Positions 19,674 to 31,500 of a stretch of 64,000 nt of DNA are shown in pieces (the first letter of the stretch is position 1; each line of letters begins with the position of its first letter). A program made the translations under genes and the position numbers. The notes under the pieces were generated by a model that was not told the DNA's origin, made no database searches, and was given only the letters and a program-made list of their open reading frames with translations. This stretch comes from Macrostomum lignano (lineage: Eukaryota), in the NCBI GenBank assembly GCA_002269645.1, contig NIVC01003844.1:9882-73881 (forward strand), in the 5' to 3' direction.

Positions 19674-20637
19674 ATGGAACATCTGACGAAATTTAGTTTC
19701 TTAAAAGATAATGTCATAATCGAAATCGCCGCCGAGTCTGAGAACGAAGCCCTGCGGTACCTCGAAAGCTGCGAATTTAGCACACTAGGAGAGCGCATAG
19801 CTATACAGCCTCCGCGGGATATGAAGACCGACTCCTTGGAGCACGAATTTTTGAAGGTACTTTGGACAGCGGAAGTACATGTGGAGACAACCAGTCTGCT
19901 GTAGCCGTTGACTCTGGAAGTTCTACATCTAAGGATCTTAGTCTTAAAGCATCTGTTGAAGAGAAACGTAAACTTGAAACGAAGTGCTTCCTGGCATGTG
20001 TATCTAAGCGTAAGAGAGAATTCGAAAGCAAGATCATTAAAAAAAAGTTATTTGGAAGCATCTTGAAGACGACATGCAAAAGCAAGGATACCAACTACCT
20101 GCGGAACAGTGCGAAAACAAGTATAAAGTTTTGAAAAAGAAATATTCTAATTTCATTTTACAGCAGGCTAAGTCTGGAGAAGGCAAAAAGGAAATTGAAT
20201 TTCAAAAGGAGTTAGAAGAACTTTTTGGTAAGCATGCTGATGTTGCCCCGAAATTTTTGCTGACTGCACAGATGCCTGTGTCACTTGGTGATCAACATTC
20301 TATTGGCACACCTAATGCCAATTATTTGAGGTCAGATGCAACATCAACATTGACTTCTAGCCCTGTACAACAGCAACAAAGTGGCAATGAAAAAAGAGCA
20401 ACTGACTTTCCAACAGCAGGCAAGCAAAATGTTAAGCAACAAGGAAAGAAAAAAGAAGAGAAAGAAGCAAGCAATGAAAGAGTTGAAACATTATGTCGAG
20501 CAATTTTAGAGAAACTAAATGAGAATCAGCAAGAACATAAGGAAACAAGAAGCCTAATGGAGCGTCAGCATGCAGAGCGAATGGAGAGACAAGACAGGTT
20601 TTTGGAGCTTTTTGCAAAGAGTATTGACAAGAAGTAA
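19674..20637 (+). pseudogene. Harbinger Myb/SANT (trihelix) DNA-binding protein, frameshifted
   Basis: ETKCFL..KKKLF..(fs)MQKQGYQLPAEQCENKYKVLKKKY..EIEFQKELEELF; C-terminal coiled coil; split over three frames. Confidence 0.8.
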
Positions 20638-21572
20638 CTGCTGCCAATTTTTCCTATGGTGTCTTACTATTACTTTAATGGTAAATGGTTGATTGTAAAA
20701 GACAGTTATTTATATAAGAAAAGTGGTAGCCAGTTTTTCCTTTTATTTAGTATTTTAGTTCTTACATTATTACCCTTTATAGTGTCATTTATTCTAATCT
20801 TCTTCAACGCGTATGCATGCTTGTATTCTTTGGGTCCTCAGTTTTCTTTTTTATTTATTATGTAAAATATTTTGTCATTTTTGAGATGTGGCAATTTATC
20901 TAGCTTAAATTAAAAGCATTTAACATAGTTTTAAAATAAGTATTTCGTATAATTTCAGGCCACATTATATATGAACTTACAGAGTAAGACTCACATCATG
21001 TTTTTGATATAACATGTCTATAACAAGTGCTAATAGACTTGTAGACTCTTAGAGATTCCTAGAGAGATAGAATAGCTTTAACAGAATTGAAGAGACTTGA
21101 CTTGAATAGAATAAAATATAATAGACTTCAGTTAGTTCTTTAAACCTTCAAAAACTTAGTGTTTAGCTTTAGAGTTAAAATTTATTTTGTTGCATTAATG
21201 AATAATGGTTTAATACAGAGATAAATGTACAGGGTATCAGAATAAAAAATAAAAAAAATTACACACATTGATTGTCAACAATGTTTATTGCTACAATTTT
21301 CCTTGGTAATAAAGATGTAAAAATGCATAGCAATATATGTTACAATGGCTTACATCAATGCATTTTTTAAGGTATGTATAATGTGCCATGCATCTGTCTC
21401 TCTAAAATATTGTATTGCTTTTGCCATCTTGCTTTTGCCATCTGTATGACTCATATATCTGCTAATTTTTTAGTTATAGCTTTTTAACATTGTATAAAAG
21501 TGACTATTTGTATAGTACTATACATACAGTAGAAAATGTAGAGTATTGTAGTTAACACAGTTATTATATATG

Positions 21573-21627
21573 CTGGCTCCCATATATAGGGGGGCTTATA
21601 TGGGAGCCAGTCAAATGGGACTACTAG
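21573..21627 (+). other. 14-bp-stem hairpin followed by CTAG-T (Helitron-like 3' terminus)
   Basis: CTGGCTCCCATATA-10 nt-TATATGGGAGCCAG, then CTAG at 21624-21627 and T. Confidence 0.4.
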
Positions 21628-22143
21628 TAATCATATCTAAAACTAAAAGTTCCAATTTGAGAAAAAGATATATTATAGAGTGCTTTGAATATGTACTGCC
21701 AATATGTATATGGACAATTACATATACAAATTTTTCCACTGCCATATAGATAAGTTCTTTACCATTTATATAGTACTATATGAATAGTCACTCCATTCTA
21801 CCAGTGTATCCTATGAAAATACATTTTCCATTGTGCATTGTTCTATGTGTATCTTTACTTTAAAAAAACATGATATTAATAAATGGCAAGAAAGTGTTAG
21901 GAGAAATGTTACAAGAAGTGTAGCTATTAAAAGCATGGTTAATTTTTTCCATCTTCATAAATGCACCTGAAGCAATGTCTTACTGTCTTGTCTTTTTAAT
22001 TTTTATATAGCAGACAGAAATGTCACTGAGACAGTGACCAGGGATATTCAAAATGCCTGGAGTAAATGCAATTGCATGAAGTTATCCATTAGGTAAATGA
22101 GTGAGTCTATTTTTCAATTACATATCAAGGTGTCTTTTCTAAT

Positions 22144-22970
22144 TCACAAAGACTCTGCAATTGCCCATCTCTTCTGCTGTGTTGTCTGGTTGTTGTTCTG
22201 TGGAGCCAGCTGGTCATCCTGATAGTCATCAATGAGGTCATCAAGGTCTTCTTCAAAGGAGGCCTCATTCTTCAAAATGCAGATGTTATGCAATGTACAT
22301 GCAGCAACTATGGTGTAACAAATGGATGGAACATCCCGTTGATAGATATAGCGTAGACGCCGGAATCTGGCCTTTAACTGGCCAAAAGCCCGTTCCACAA
22401 CTTGTCTGGCAACTGATAAGTGCTTGTTGTACTGCTTTTGTACATTACTGAGGTTGCCATTGTCCACAAAAGGTGTTAGTAGCCCATTTAATAATGGATA
22501 TGCACCATCTCCAAGTAAATGAAGTCCATACATGTTCTCACCAGTTTGCACTTTTGCAGCAAGCGGACTATATTGAAATACACGAGCATCATGCATCCGA
22601 CCAGAGCAACCAACAAAAACATCATAAAATAGAAGATTACGTGAAGCCACTGCTTGCAATGTAATTGCCTGGCGATACTTTCTAGTTGTAAAATCAGAAG
22701 ATGCTGTAGATATTTCAATATGGCTTCCATCAATTGCACCAAGAACATTAGGAAATCCACTGTGGTAGAGAGTTCCTTCAGCATTTGTATGTGCTTCTAA
22801 CTCTGTTGGCCATTTTATAAACTGTGATGAGAGTGTAGGAACAATCTTTCTTGGCAATGAATGCACAATTTCATTTACTTTACCAGCACTAACATCATAA
22901 AGGACTTCCAACTCTGACTGATTACACTGGTGACCAATGTAGTCCAAGAAGATCAGCAGCTGCTTGTCGC
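22144..22970 (-). CDS. Harbinger DDE transposase, exon 2
   Basis: TTTTAG acceptor (22972-22971); QLLIFLDY, FPNVLGAIDGSHI, GRMHDARVF, LLGDGAYP, YNKHLSVARQVVERAFGQLKARFRRL, AACTLHNIC. Confidence 0.9.
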
Positions 22971-23389
22971 CTAAAAAGAAGAAAAGGAAACTAAGTCAAT
23001 AATATAATCATTGTGGTAATAAAAAATGACTTATTAACCTTTAGAATGCTTTCTAAAAGGGACAACTTATGTTTTTTTCTTAAACACAGGATTCCAAAAT
23101 CAAATACAAAGTGCCAAAATAAAAAATCAAAAAGCAGTATTGCCACCCAGAAAAGTTGAAAAAATATTTTAGACCCCTAAAGTTGCACTTAGAAAAAGTT
23201 AGAACTATTTCAATTAGTAGCATAAAGTATATAGCAGTAGAATGATGTACTTAGAAAATTCTTTTTTCTATATTATGGCATTAGCCATTTACTTATATTT
23301 TTGGACTGATGAGTGATTTTCTACAGAACACAGAAACAATCAAAAGTTGCAACTTGCAATAAGTAGAGCATTAATAAGAGCCTTATTAC

Positions 23390-23729
23390 CTGGTATTCCT
23401 TTTGAAGACGTTGGTTCCTCATGTTGGTTCAGCAGCTCATATTTCATCAACTCGCCCAGCACAAATTCGAATGCACTTCGCGTGAGTCGGTATCGGCTTC
23501 TAAACTCGTCAATAGTAAATAATGGCACCGTATTTACGACAAAACCAGGTACTTTAACCCTATGGCGCTTCTCCTCGGTCTTGTTATTTAAAGAAGCAAT
23601 CACAGTTGTAAGGGCTGCTGTTGCTGCCAGGACGTTATCCCTATTAGCTTGGTCTACAAGAATGGAAGTTTCACTACTGTCTTCAGTAAAAAACAATTGC
23701 TGAACTATAAAAGCAGTTGCAGAGTCCAT
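23390..23729 (-). CDS. Harbinger transposase, exon 1 (spliced ORF 388 aa)
   Basis: FRSRYRLTRSAFEFVL motif; GT donor at 23389-23388 joins in frame as IPG|DKQLLIF. Confidence 0.8.
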
Positions 23730-25813
23730 TCGTTGAATAATTACAACTCTATATGCTTAAGTATGTCGCAATTCAATTCTTTTTTGAAATGAGTAATGGA
23801 ATGACTAAAATGATAATATGTATTCTATAGTTTAGCAACTAAGATCTAAAACCACTAATACTTATCTTATTATATACGGACTACGTAGTAAGCCAAAAAC
23901 TAAGACGTCACTAACGATTGGGTAAAAAAAGAAATAAATCTACTGTCTTAAAAAGCAATACAAAGCAAAAATTATTAAAGACGACAATAAAATAAATTGA
24001 AAATTTACTCGTTGCTATAGATACGAATAAACGGTTCGAGAAATTTTCTCGAACCATATTCCAGAACCAGAACCTGGTTCCGAACATTGTTCGAAAAACA
24101 GAACCATCGATATGAAGAGCGTCGAACCGGTTCGGAACTGGTTCCGTTTTTCGAACCGGCGATATGAAGAGGCTCTAGCTGGCAGTGCATTCTTCGAGCA
24201 CGCGGTGCCCGAAAGAATAGCGATTAAATTATATCCGCGCTTTCTAGTTTCTAATTATAAGTATCCACTGATTTAATAATGTATAAATTGGAAGCAGCTT
24301 TACATGTAATTATGTATAGTAGCTGGCATGGTAAAGCTGTCTTATATCGCTTCTTTTGACTTATGCCAGATATGTTTACACAAGGCAGCAACTGAATATT
24401 TTCAGTAAAAGGCAAAATACGAGTTGCGAGTCTATGTGATAAATAAATATACCTGGCTTTTGCATCAACTTCTAGTCCCCATGCATGAATCTACTTTTTT
24501 GTTCTGTTGATGGTTCTCTGAATTATTTACTAATGATGAGAATGTGCCTTATTATTCCATATTCCTTTGTTTTTTAAATCATTATTAACCCTCCTCTCAA
24601 CCCAAACAGCCAAACTGTCATTCTTAATTTTTACTGCTTTTAATTTCTACTTTTACTTATTAACTCGTAAATATAATCGATACTATGTACACACTGCTAA
24701 AATTAGTAGTGTAAAAATCCACCAAAAATTAATTTCTAAGTCCATTTTGATCAAATACACATTGTAGAAGATTATTTACATGACTTTTTCTTACTGTGAT
24801 TGCAAGATGTGCTGAAAGGATGCTTTTTATTTTCATTTTTTCTTATATAATCGCCTGGGCCTAGCTGGCTTCCTACAGCTAGAGTTGTAACTTTACTGGG
24901 TATGGGGGCACACCAAAGTACTTTTGACGTTTGTACTTTATTTTTCAACTCAATAGCTAAGCAGATGGAGGCGTGAAAAGTGTTAAATTTTTTAGCTGGA
25001 GAATGGCAAGGTGTATAGTGATAAAATACAGAATGAAAACGTGTCTTCCAGTTTATTCCAGTAGTCGAGTTTCATTTACTTGTACCATATAAGAAAGCAT
25101 CAATTAGCGAGTAGAGACCCAAGCATCTGATCTATACTTATATTTGCAATCAATGATCGTGTAGGTTGAGAAAAAATTAACTGCTGTGTTTTAATGTCCA
25201 CGTGGACTGCATCACACCTATCGATAAAGTAATTTAAACTGATATTTACTATTGTTATAATGAGTATTCACACTAAAAGAATAACACTAGTAGCAATTTA
25301 CTGAAGCAGCATTGACAAATATTTCTCACTTAACGATTTGTTATAAATTACCGTCTCAAAATGTAGAAAACAGGTTTAGACTGACTATCTACCCATTTAA
25401 AATTTTAAACTAGGTTTTTATAACTCTTAAAACATTGTGTATGAATACTTACCGGTTTTTTAAAATGAAATCTTGTCATTTGTTTTGTTTTACTGAGGAC
25501 GTTAAAATGGCGCTTAAACTCATTTTAAGTCATTTTAACTTATTTTAAGCCACTCGAACGCACCCTTAGTAAAAATTAGCGAGAAAAAAACGACGGTAGA
25601 TCAAGATTCATGTAGCAAACTAATTAATAAATCGGAATTTCAAAGCTTAATTTACCTAAATTGGAGTAAAGACTATTTCAAATTTGTCAATTTTTACTAT
25701 GTAGGCAGCCCCCGTGACTGGCGGTAGCACCAGCTGAAGACCGTTCATGCTAGCCGTCCTCGCCACAGTCGGAGGTGGATGAGCTGCAGTTGTAGTGATG
25801 AGCTGCTGAGGTA

Positions 25814-26662
25814 TTAATTAATTGTAGCCCCCAACACTTCATCAAGCGAGCCAAAAGCTTGAAGCATAGAGCCAAACGCACCATTAGACTGCTCTGGGGC
25901 ATAAGAATCGGCTGTGTTGTAATCTGCGGCAACCTGCTGGGCGGTGCCATCTTGCTGTTGAGTTCCCGCAGGTGGTGGCAGCTGCTGGGCGGTGCCGTCT
26001 TGCTGTTGAATTCCCGCAGGTGGTGGCAGCTGCTGGGCGGTGCCGTCTTGCTGTTGAATTGCCGTAGGTGGTGGCAGCTGCTGGGCGGTGCCATCTTGCT
26101 GTTGAATGTCCACAGGTGCTGGCTCGCAGATGCCGGGAGGCTGCTCATTAATGATAGCAATGTCGCTGTCCTCAGTCTCCTCACCGGTTGGCACTTCGTA
26201 CAGTAGGCTGCCCGGACTGTCCATGCGAATCTGCTTTCCTCTGATAACCGGGAAATGTCTAGCCGACTGAGCAGCGAGTGGGCGTTGGAATTGTGGCTGC
26301 TGCTGCTGCTCAACAAAGTCATCATCGCTGTTACAGCCGTCTCTAATTACACCGTTTATTAATTGGCTGAGAGCCTGTCGTGCAGCGGTTTGCTCTCCGG
26401 CTATTTGATGTGCTTTCTGCATAACTATGCGTCTAAATGTTTTTATTCCATTGTCTCCAGTAGGTAGCTGCTGGTGTCCGCGGTGAGCTTTGAATTTTCC
26501 TATATTTCCTTCACGCTTTTTTACAACGCCAAACTGCCAACAAGCGCTAAAAATGCGCTTGTTGCACTCTTTTTGACAGCCAGTCTTTAAAAATCCAACA
26601 ACGCATTTGTTACGCGTTAAGCAGACTTCAAAGGTAGCACTTGAATCGCTAGTCTTCTCCAT
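25814..26662 (-). CDS. 282-aa ORF of unknown function with Cys/His N-terminus and four 15-aa QQQDGTAQQLPPP repeats
   Basis: ATG-to-stop ORF; 45-bp tandem repeat at ~25930-26110; no recognised family. Confidence 0.4.
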   Translation of the reverse strand: MEKTSDSSATFEVCLTRNKCVVGFLKTGCQKECNKRIFSACWQFGVVKKREGNIGKFKAHRGHQQLPTGDNGIKTFRRIVMQKAHQIAGEQTAARQALSQLINGVIRDGCNSDDDFVEQQQQPQFQRPLAAQSARHFPVIRGKQIRMDSPGSLLYEVPTGEETEDSDIAIINEQPPGICEPAPVDIQQQDGTAQQLPPPTAIQQQDGTAQQLPPPAGIQQQDGTAQQLPPPAGTQQQDGTAQQVAADYNTADSYAPEQSNGAFGSMLQAFGSLDEVLGATIN

Positions 26663-26776
26663 TGTTGCGGTGGAAGTGAGAATTCGGAAAGACTGCAGTT
26701 ATTTTTTACCTCATTTATATACAATTTGCTGAACACGGAACACTAAATACAGAACCCTCCAATCTCCGTTAAACTT

Positions 26777-27353
26777 GACTTACTTGACTTAGCTGCAGGG
26801 GGCTCCGTGCGTCCGGAAACAGCGAGGAGGCGTTGCCGCCCATTTCGCTAACCCCTGGCGACCACGGGCAGCTAGTGCTGCGGTGTCGCGCAGGGAGTTC
26901 CGGTGGTGCCGGTGTCCACAGCGCGGTCCCCCTCCGGAGGGTCCAGGAGGTGGACTGTCGCTCGCCCGGTAGCCCTTAGGTAGCGGACGAGCTGGCAGAG
27001 ATTCTCGGGCTTGAAAACGTCGGAGAGGTCCGGGTTTGGGCCGAGGTAGGTGAGCCTGACCTGAGTAAAGGCGGGGCATTCACAGATGAAGTGCTCCGCA
27101 TTCTCGACACCGGAGAGGCAGAAAGGGCATTCCTCACTGCGGATTTTTCCCTGGAGGTAGCGATGCCTGGCAAAACAGCCATGACCCAAGAGGGCCATGG
27201 TCACCGCCCTGATGTCCCTGCGGTTGAGTCCAAGCAGGGCCTTGCGCAGGGCGGAGGAAGGACAGGGGACAGCCGCGCGTGATTGCCGGCAGTCGGGGGC
27301 GTTAGCCCACCTCTCCCTGTGCTTTGAAGCCACCCACTGGTTGATCCGAGTGG
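26777..27353 (-). mobile_element. 5'-truncated LOA/R1-like LINE 3' end with 14-bp TSD
   Basis: [52 protein letters not shown]; short AAGTC-repeat tail; TSD TCTCCGTTAAACTT at 26763-26776 and 27354-27367. Confidence 0.85.
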
Positions 27354-28501
27354 TCTCCGTTAAACTTACATCATTATTTGTTTCCCACCAACCCCAATCC
27401 AGTTCTTCCTCAAACCGACGAATCTCCTCCAATCACCATAAAATCTACATCGTGATTTATTTCCCACCAACCCCAATCCAGTTCTTCCTTAAACCGACCA
27501 ATCGACCCCTCCCCAAATTTTTCTCTCCAAAAACTGTGTACACAGCGCAGTTGCTGTGAGACCTGGAACCCTGCCAGACTAGAATAATAACACGCCGACG
27601 TAATTCTGGCGCAATAACAAACTTTATGCTTAGACCCCAGCAGTGGCGTACTCAGGATTTAGTTTTGGGGGGGGCCGCAATCCTTAGGGGCGCCAATGTT
27701 GGGTGTCTTGTGGGGGCGCCATTTGCCAATGTTGCGTGCTTAAAATTTAAATCATGAATATTGAACAATTTGAGCACTTTTGTATTTCGACTTGTACTTA
27801 TTTATTAGAAAATAACTATTATGCTTAATTTGTTTATTGGACTTTATGTATGATCACGTAGGAACAACCGCGAAATTGGCATTCAAGGCATCAATCAGAA
27901 TCGATTCAAATGCGCGCAAAAGTTAAGTACAATAACTAAACTCACATGCAAATATAGACAATATTTTGTACTGACAGATTAAAAAAACTCATAGCATGGG
28001 AAAGTCGTTTTACGATGTGAGAAATTTTCATTAAATTTGAGCATGAAAAGTTTCAGAGTAATGAGAAAGGTATGAAACATTCGCCGAATTTTGCACAGAC
28101 ACTTCTATAGAAACTTTTTAAAGAAACATAAATAAATGTCCAAATATAATAGGCAACTCCTGAAAACACTGCACATATACTTTTATCGTCCATGCTTGCA
28201 GATTTTTTAAAGCAGTTTTCATTGAATAGAATGATCTAGAAGCCTCGCAAAATGACAAAGAACTTGTTTTACTACACCCAGTCACCCATTATTTCTTGGA
28301 AATCAACTAAGTATATAACAAGTATCTGTGAAAGTAATAAATAAGCCTATTTGAACAGCTTGCTAAAATGTCAATACACAGAATACGCAAAGCAGGAAAA
28401 TGTCAATACATAAGATCCGGTAAATGGCACCTACTACAATAGTATATGACGGCTCGTACTCGTACGAGCTAGGATCGCAAATTAAAACAATAGCTAACAC
28501 T

Positions 28502-31500
28502 TCAAAGTAAAAGTTCTATCCGTCTGGGCTGCGACGCGAACCTTTGAAGAACTTCTTCAGGAGTTGGGCAAGCGCTACGGTGGCATTGAAGCAGCAGAAT
28601 CGATTGCAGGCGATCCTCTCCCATTGTGCTGCGCTCAACAGTTAAAGTCCTTTTTAGCTTGGAAAAAACTCTCTCTGGCTCACACGTTGAGACTGGAAGA
28701 GTAGCCAGGATCATGAGTAGTCGCTGAATGTTTGGAAATTTATGCACGCTACAAGTCTTTAATGCTTCAAGTGCTGACCCAGGACGGTCTCGCGTCGACA
28801 CTGCTGCCCACTGTCGACGCCATAGCAGGTACTCTTGCTTCACCACTGAAGGTGGGTCTGTAAGTTGGCAGTTGTACTTCAGCACAGCTTCCTGCACTTT
28901 ACTCCATTGCTCCTCCATGTCAACAAGCTTTTCGTGAAAAAACTTTGGTATCAGAAGCGTCAAGTTGAAGGCACGCTTTTGTGGAGCATCAAATCGCAGT
29001 TTGATATCTGATATGATTGCTGCTACTGCCGGATAGAAAACCGTTTCTCTGTAATGCTGCTCAGCTGTTACCGACACCGGTTGCCGGGATCTTGTAGTTG
29101 CAAATGCAAAATGTTCTCGTGCAGAGCGAATTCTTGGCGGCCTTACTTCGATATCAAATTCTGCAGCGAGCTGTTCAACTTTAGAGAATACTTCTCTAAA
29201 TCGCACCTCACTTTGAAGCTCTTCCAGTTCAGCCAGGACATGATGAACATCTGCTAAAGCTTCTACCAGTTCGCTGCTAGATGATTGCAGTCTTCGGGAA
29301 ACAGGCAGCAGAAGACTGGCCAAGGTTTCAAGGACAATCATCCCAACAATAAAGTCCAAATTCAAAATAGCTGAATGGTGGCAAGCTGCAGAGCGAGCAG
29401 CATCGGTTCCTGGCCAGGAGCTGATTTCTTCTAAGGCTTGTTCAATGAAAGGAAATAGCAATCGAAAGGTGACGACAGCGGTGTGGCGCTCCAAAAATCG
29501 AGTTTCACACAAACTAATGAGATGCCACTTTGCCGTTTCAACTTCGTGATCATTTGATTGTATTAGACGTTTGAGCAAAGTAGTCCTTTTGCTGCTTGAC
29601 TTGAAGCCTGCTACAACCTCTTGAATGACTCCCATGGAATTTCTGATGATCTGGACCTTAATGGCATTTGCTGCGCTTAAATTCAACCAGTGAGCCATAC
29701 AATGAAAGTAGTCCGCTTGAGGGGCCTCTTTGCGGATAAAAGCAGCAACTCCAATTCTCTCACTCGCCATGGCAGCGGCACCATCGTAGCATTGTGCTAC
29801 GCACTGATTCAAATCAAGTCCAAGAGTGCGTAGGCGCCTGACAATTGCGGATGAAATATTCGCACCACTGAGTCGCAAATTCTCCCATCCATCACAATTT
29901 TCAGCTATATCAGCAACAACATCTAGCATTGCAACTGGCTCTTCGAATTGCTGAAAAGCACCATCTTCAGTTTGTTCTACAAATCGAACAACGATGACCA
30001 GCTGCTCCCTCTTCTGTACATCCATCGTTTCATCGACAATCATAGCATTCCTAACTCGAGCGACAATTCTTTCTTGAATAAGTTGCAACGCGACATCCAA
30101 AGTTTCATTCTGAATTCGAGGAGAAAAATATGTCGCGTTTAACGATGCTTGTCTAGCATGTGCTCCCAAGACACTGTCCCCAGCTCGAATACGAAATCGT
30201 AAAAGCGCTCGGAAATTTCCATCATTGACTTTTGGCTCTTCTGCCTCTTGAGAATTGTCTGATTCTGGGAATAAAGGCTGATTTTCTCCGCGGTGCCCAC
30301 GCAAACTGAGATTTTGTCTTGCGCATGTCAGCACTGTGTCAATCACTGATATAAGAATTTCCCTGTTTTTACTGATTTGCTGTTGACGCGTCTTCTCAAT
30401 TTGGGAGCGAATGTCGTTGGTTTCTTCTCCAAATAATGTGCGCTTCTCAAACTCCTTCATTTTTTCTACATTTGCTAGATGAAAAGCGGTCTTCTCGTGA
30501 CAACTAAGGTGTCCACTCTTGCCAGTGAGTTCGTCAAAACGCTGTAGTGGCTTCATAACTAATACGCCAGGCATTTGTCCACCCCCATGAGAGCGCCCTC
30601 CAACTCCAGCTGCTGATGAAAATAATACACATAGGGTGCAAAATACGCCTTCAAGTCCAGAGACTCGGCTCACAGACAGCCAGGGAAACTCTTCAAGATG
30701 ACTGGGCATAATTTTTCGTTTTCTCTGACGTCCTTGACATCGATGCATTGAAAATGGAAAATGCTCTTGCTTTTTCGGCACCCACGGTTTAAAAAACTTT
30801 CGTCGAATTTCGATATTAATTGAACTTAGTTTAACAGCAAGACCGATGTCATTTTCAGCGACAAAGTGCTGTGACTGAATTCTGTCTTCAATGATAAGAG
30901 CTGAGCCACAAAGTGAAGCTGTGCTTACATTAGAGAAGAGAGCGCTTGGAGCTGAAGCGGCTGGATTGTCTGAGGCGCCGCCGACGTCAAGGGCGGCAGC
31001 TGAAGCGGCTGGATTGTCTGGGGCACCGCCGACGTCAAGGGCGGCAGCTGAAGCGGCTGGATTGTCTGGGGCGCCGCCGACGTCAGGGGCGGCAGCTGAA
31101 GCGGCTGGATTGTCTGGGGCGCCGCCGACGTCAAGGGCGGCAGCTGAAGCGGCTGGATTGTCTGAGGCGCCGCCGACGTCAAGGGCGGCAGCTGAAGCGG
31201 CTGGATTGTCTGGGGCGCCGCCGACGTCAAGGGCAGCAGCTGAAGCGGCTGGATTGTCTGGGGCGCCGCCGACGTCAAGGGCGGCAGCTGAAGCGGTTGG
31301 ATTGTCTGGGGCGCCGCCGACGTCAAGGGCAGCAGCTGAAGCGGCTGGATTGTCTGGGGCGCCGCCGACGTCAAGGGCGGCAGCTGAAGCGGCTGGATTG
31401 TCTGGGGCGCCGCCGACGTCAAGGGCAGCAGCTGAAGCGGCTGGATTGTCTGGGGCGCCGCCGACGTCAAGGGCGGCAGCTGAAGCGGCTGGATTGTCTG

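Larger units (their letters stand above)
19345..24175. mobile_element. Inner two-gene Harbinger transposon with TAG TSD
   Basis: Termini GAGCCTCTTCA...TGAAGAGGCTC; TAG at 19342-19344 and 24176-24178; GAACC/GGTTC subterminal repeats; convergent Myb/trihelix and transposase genes. Confidence 0.8.
18977..25565. mobile_element. Outer non-autonomous PIF/Harbinger element, 259-bp TIRs, TTA TSD
   Basis: TIRs 18977-19235 and 25307-25565 (GGGTGCGTTCG...), near identical; TTA at 18974-18976 and 25566-25568. Confidence 0.9.
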
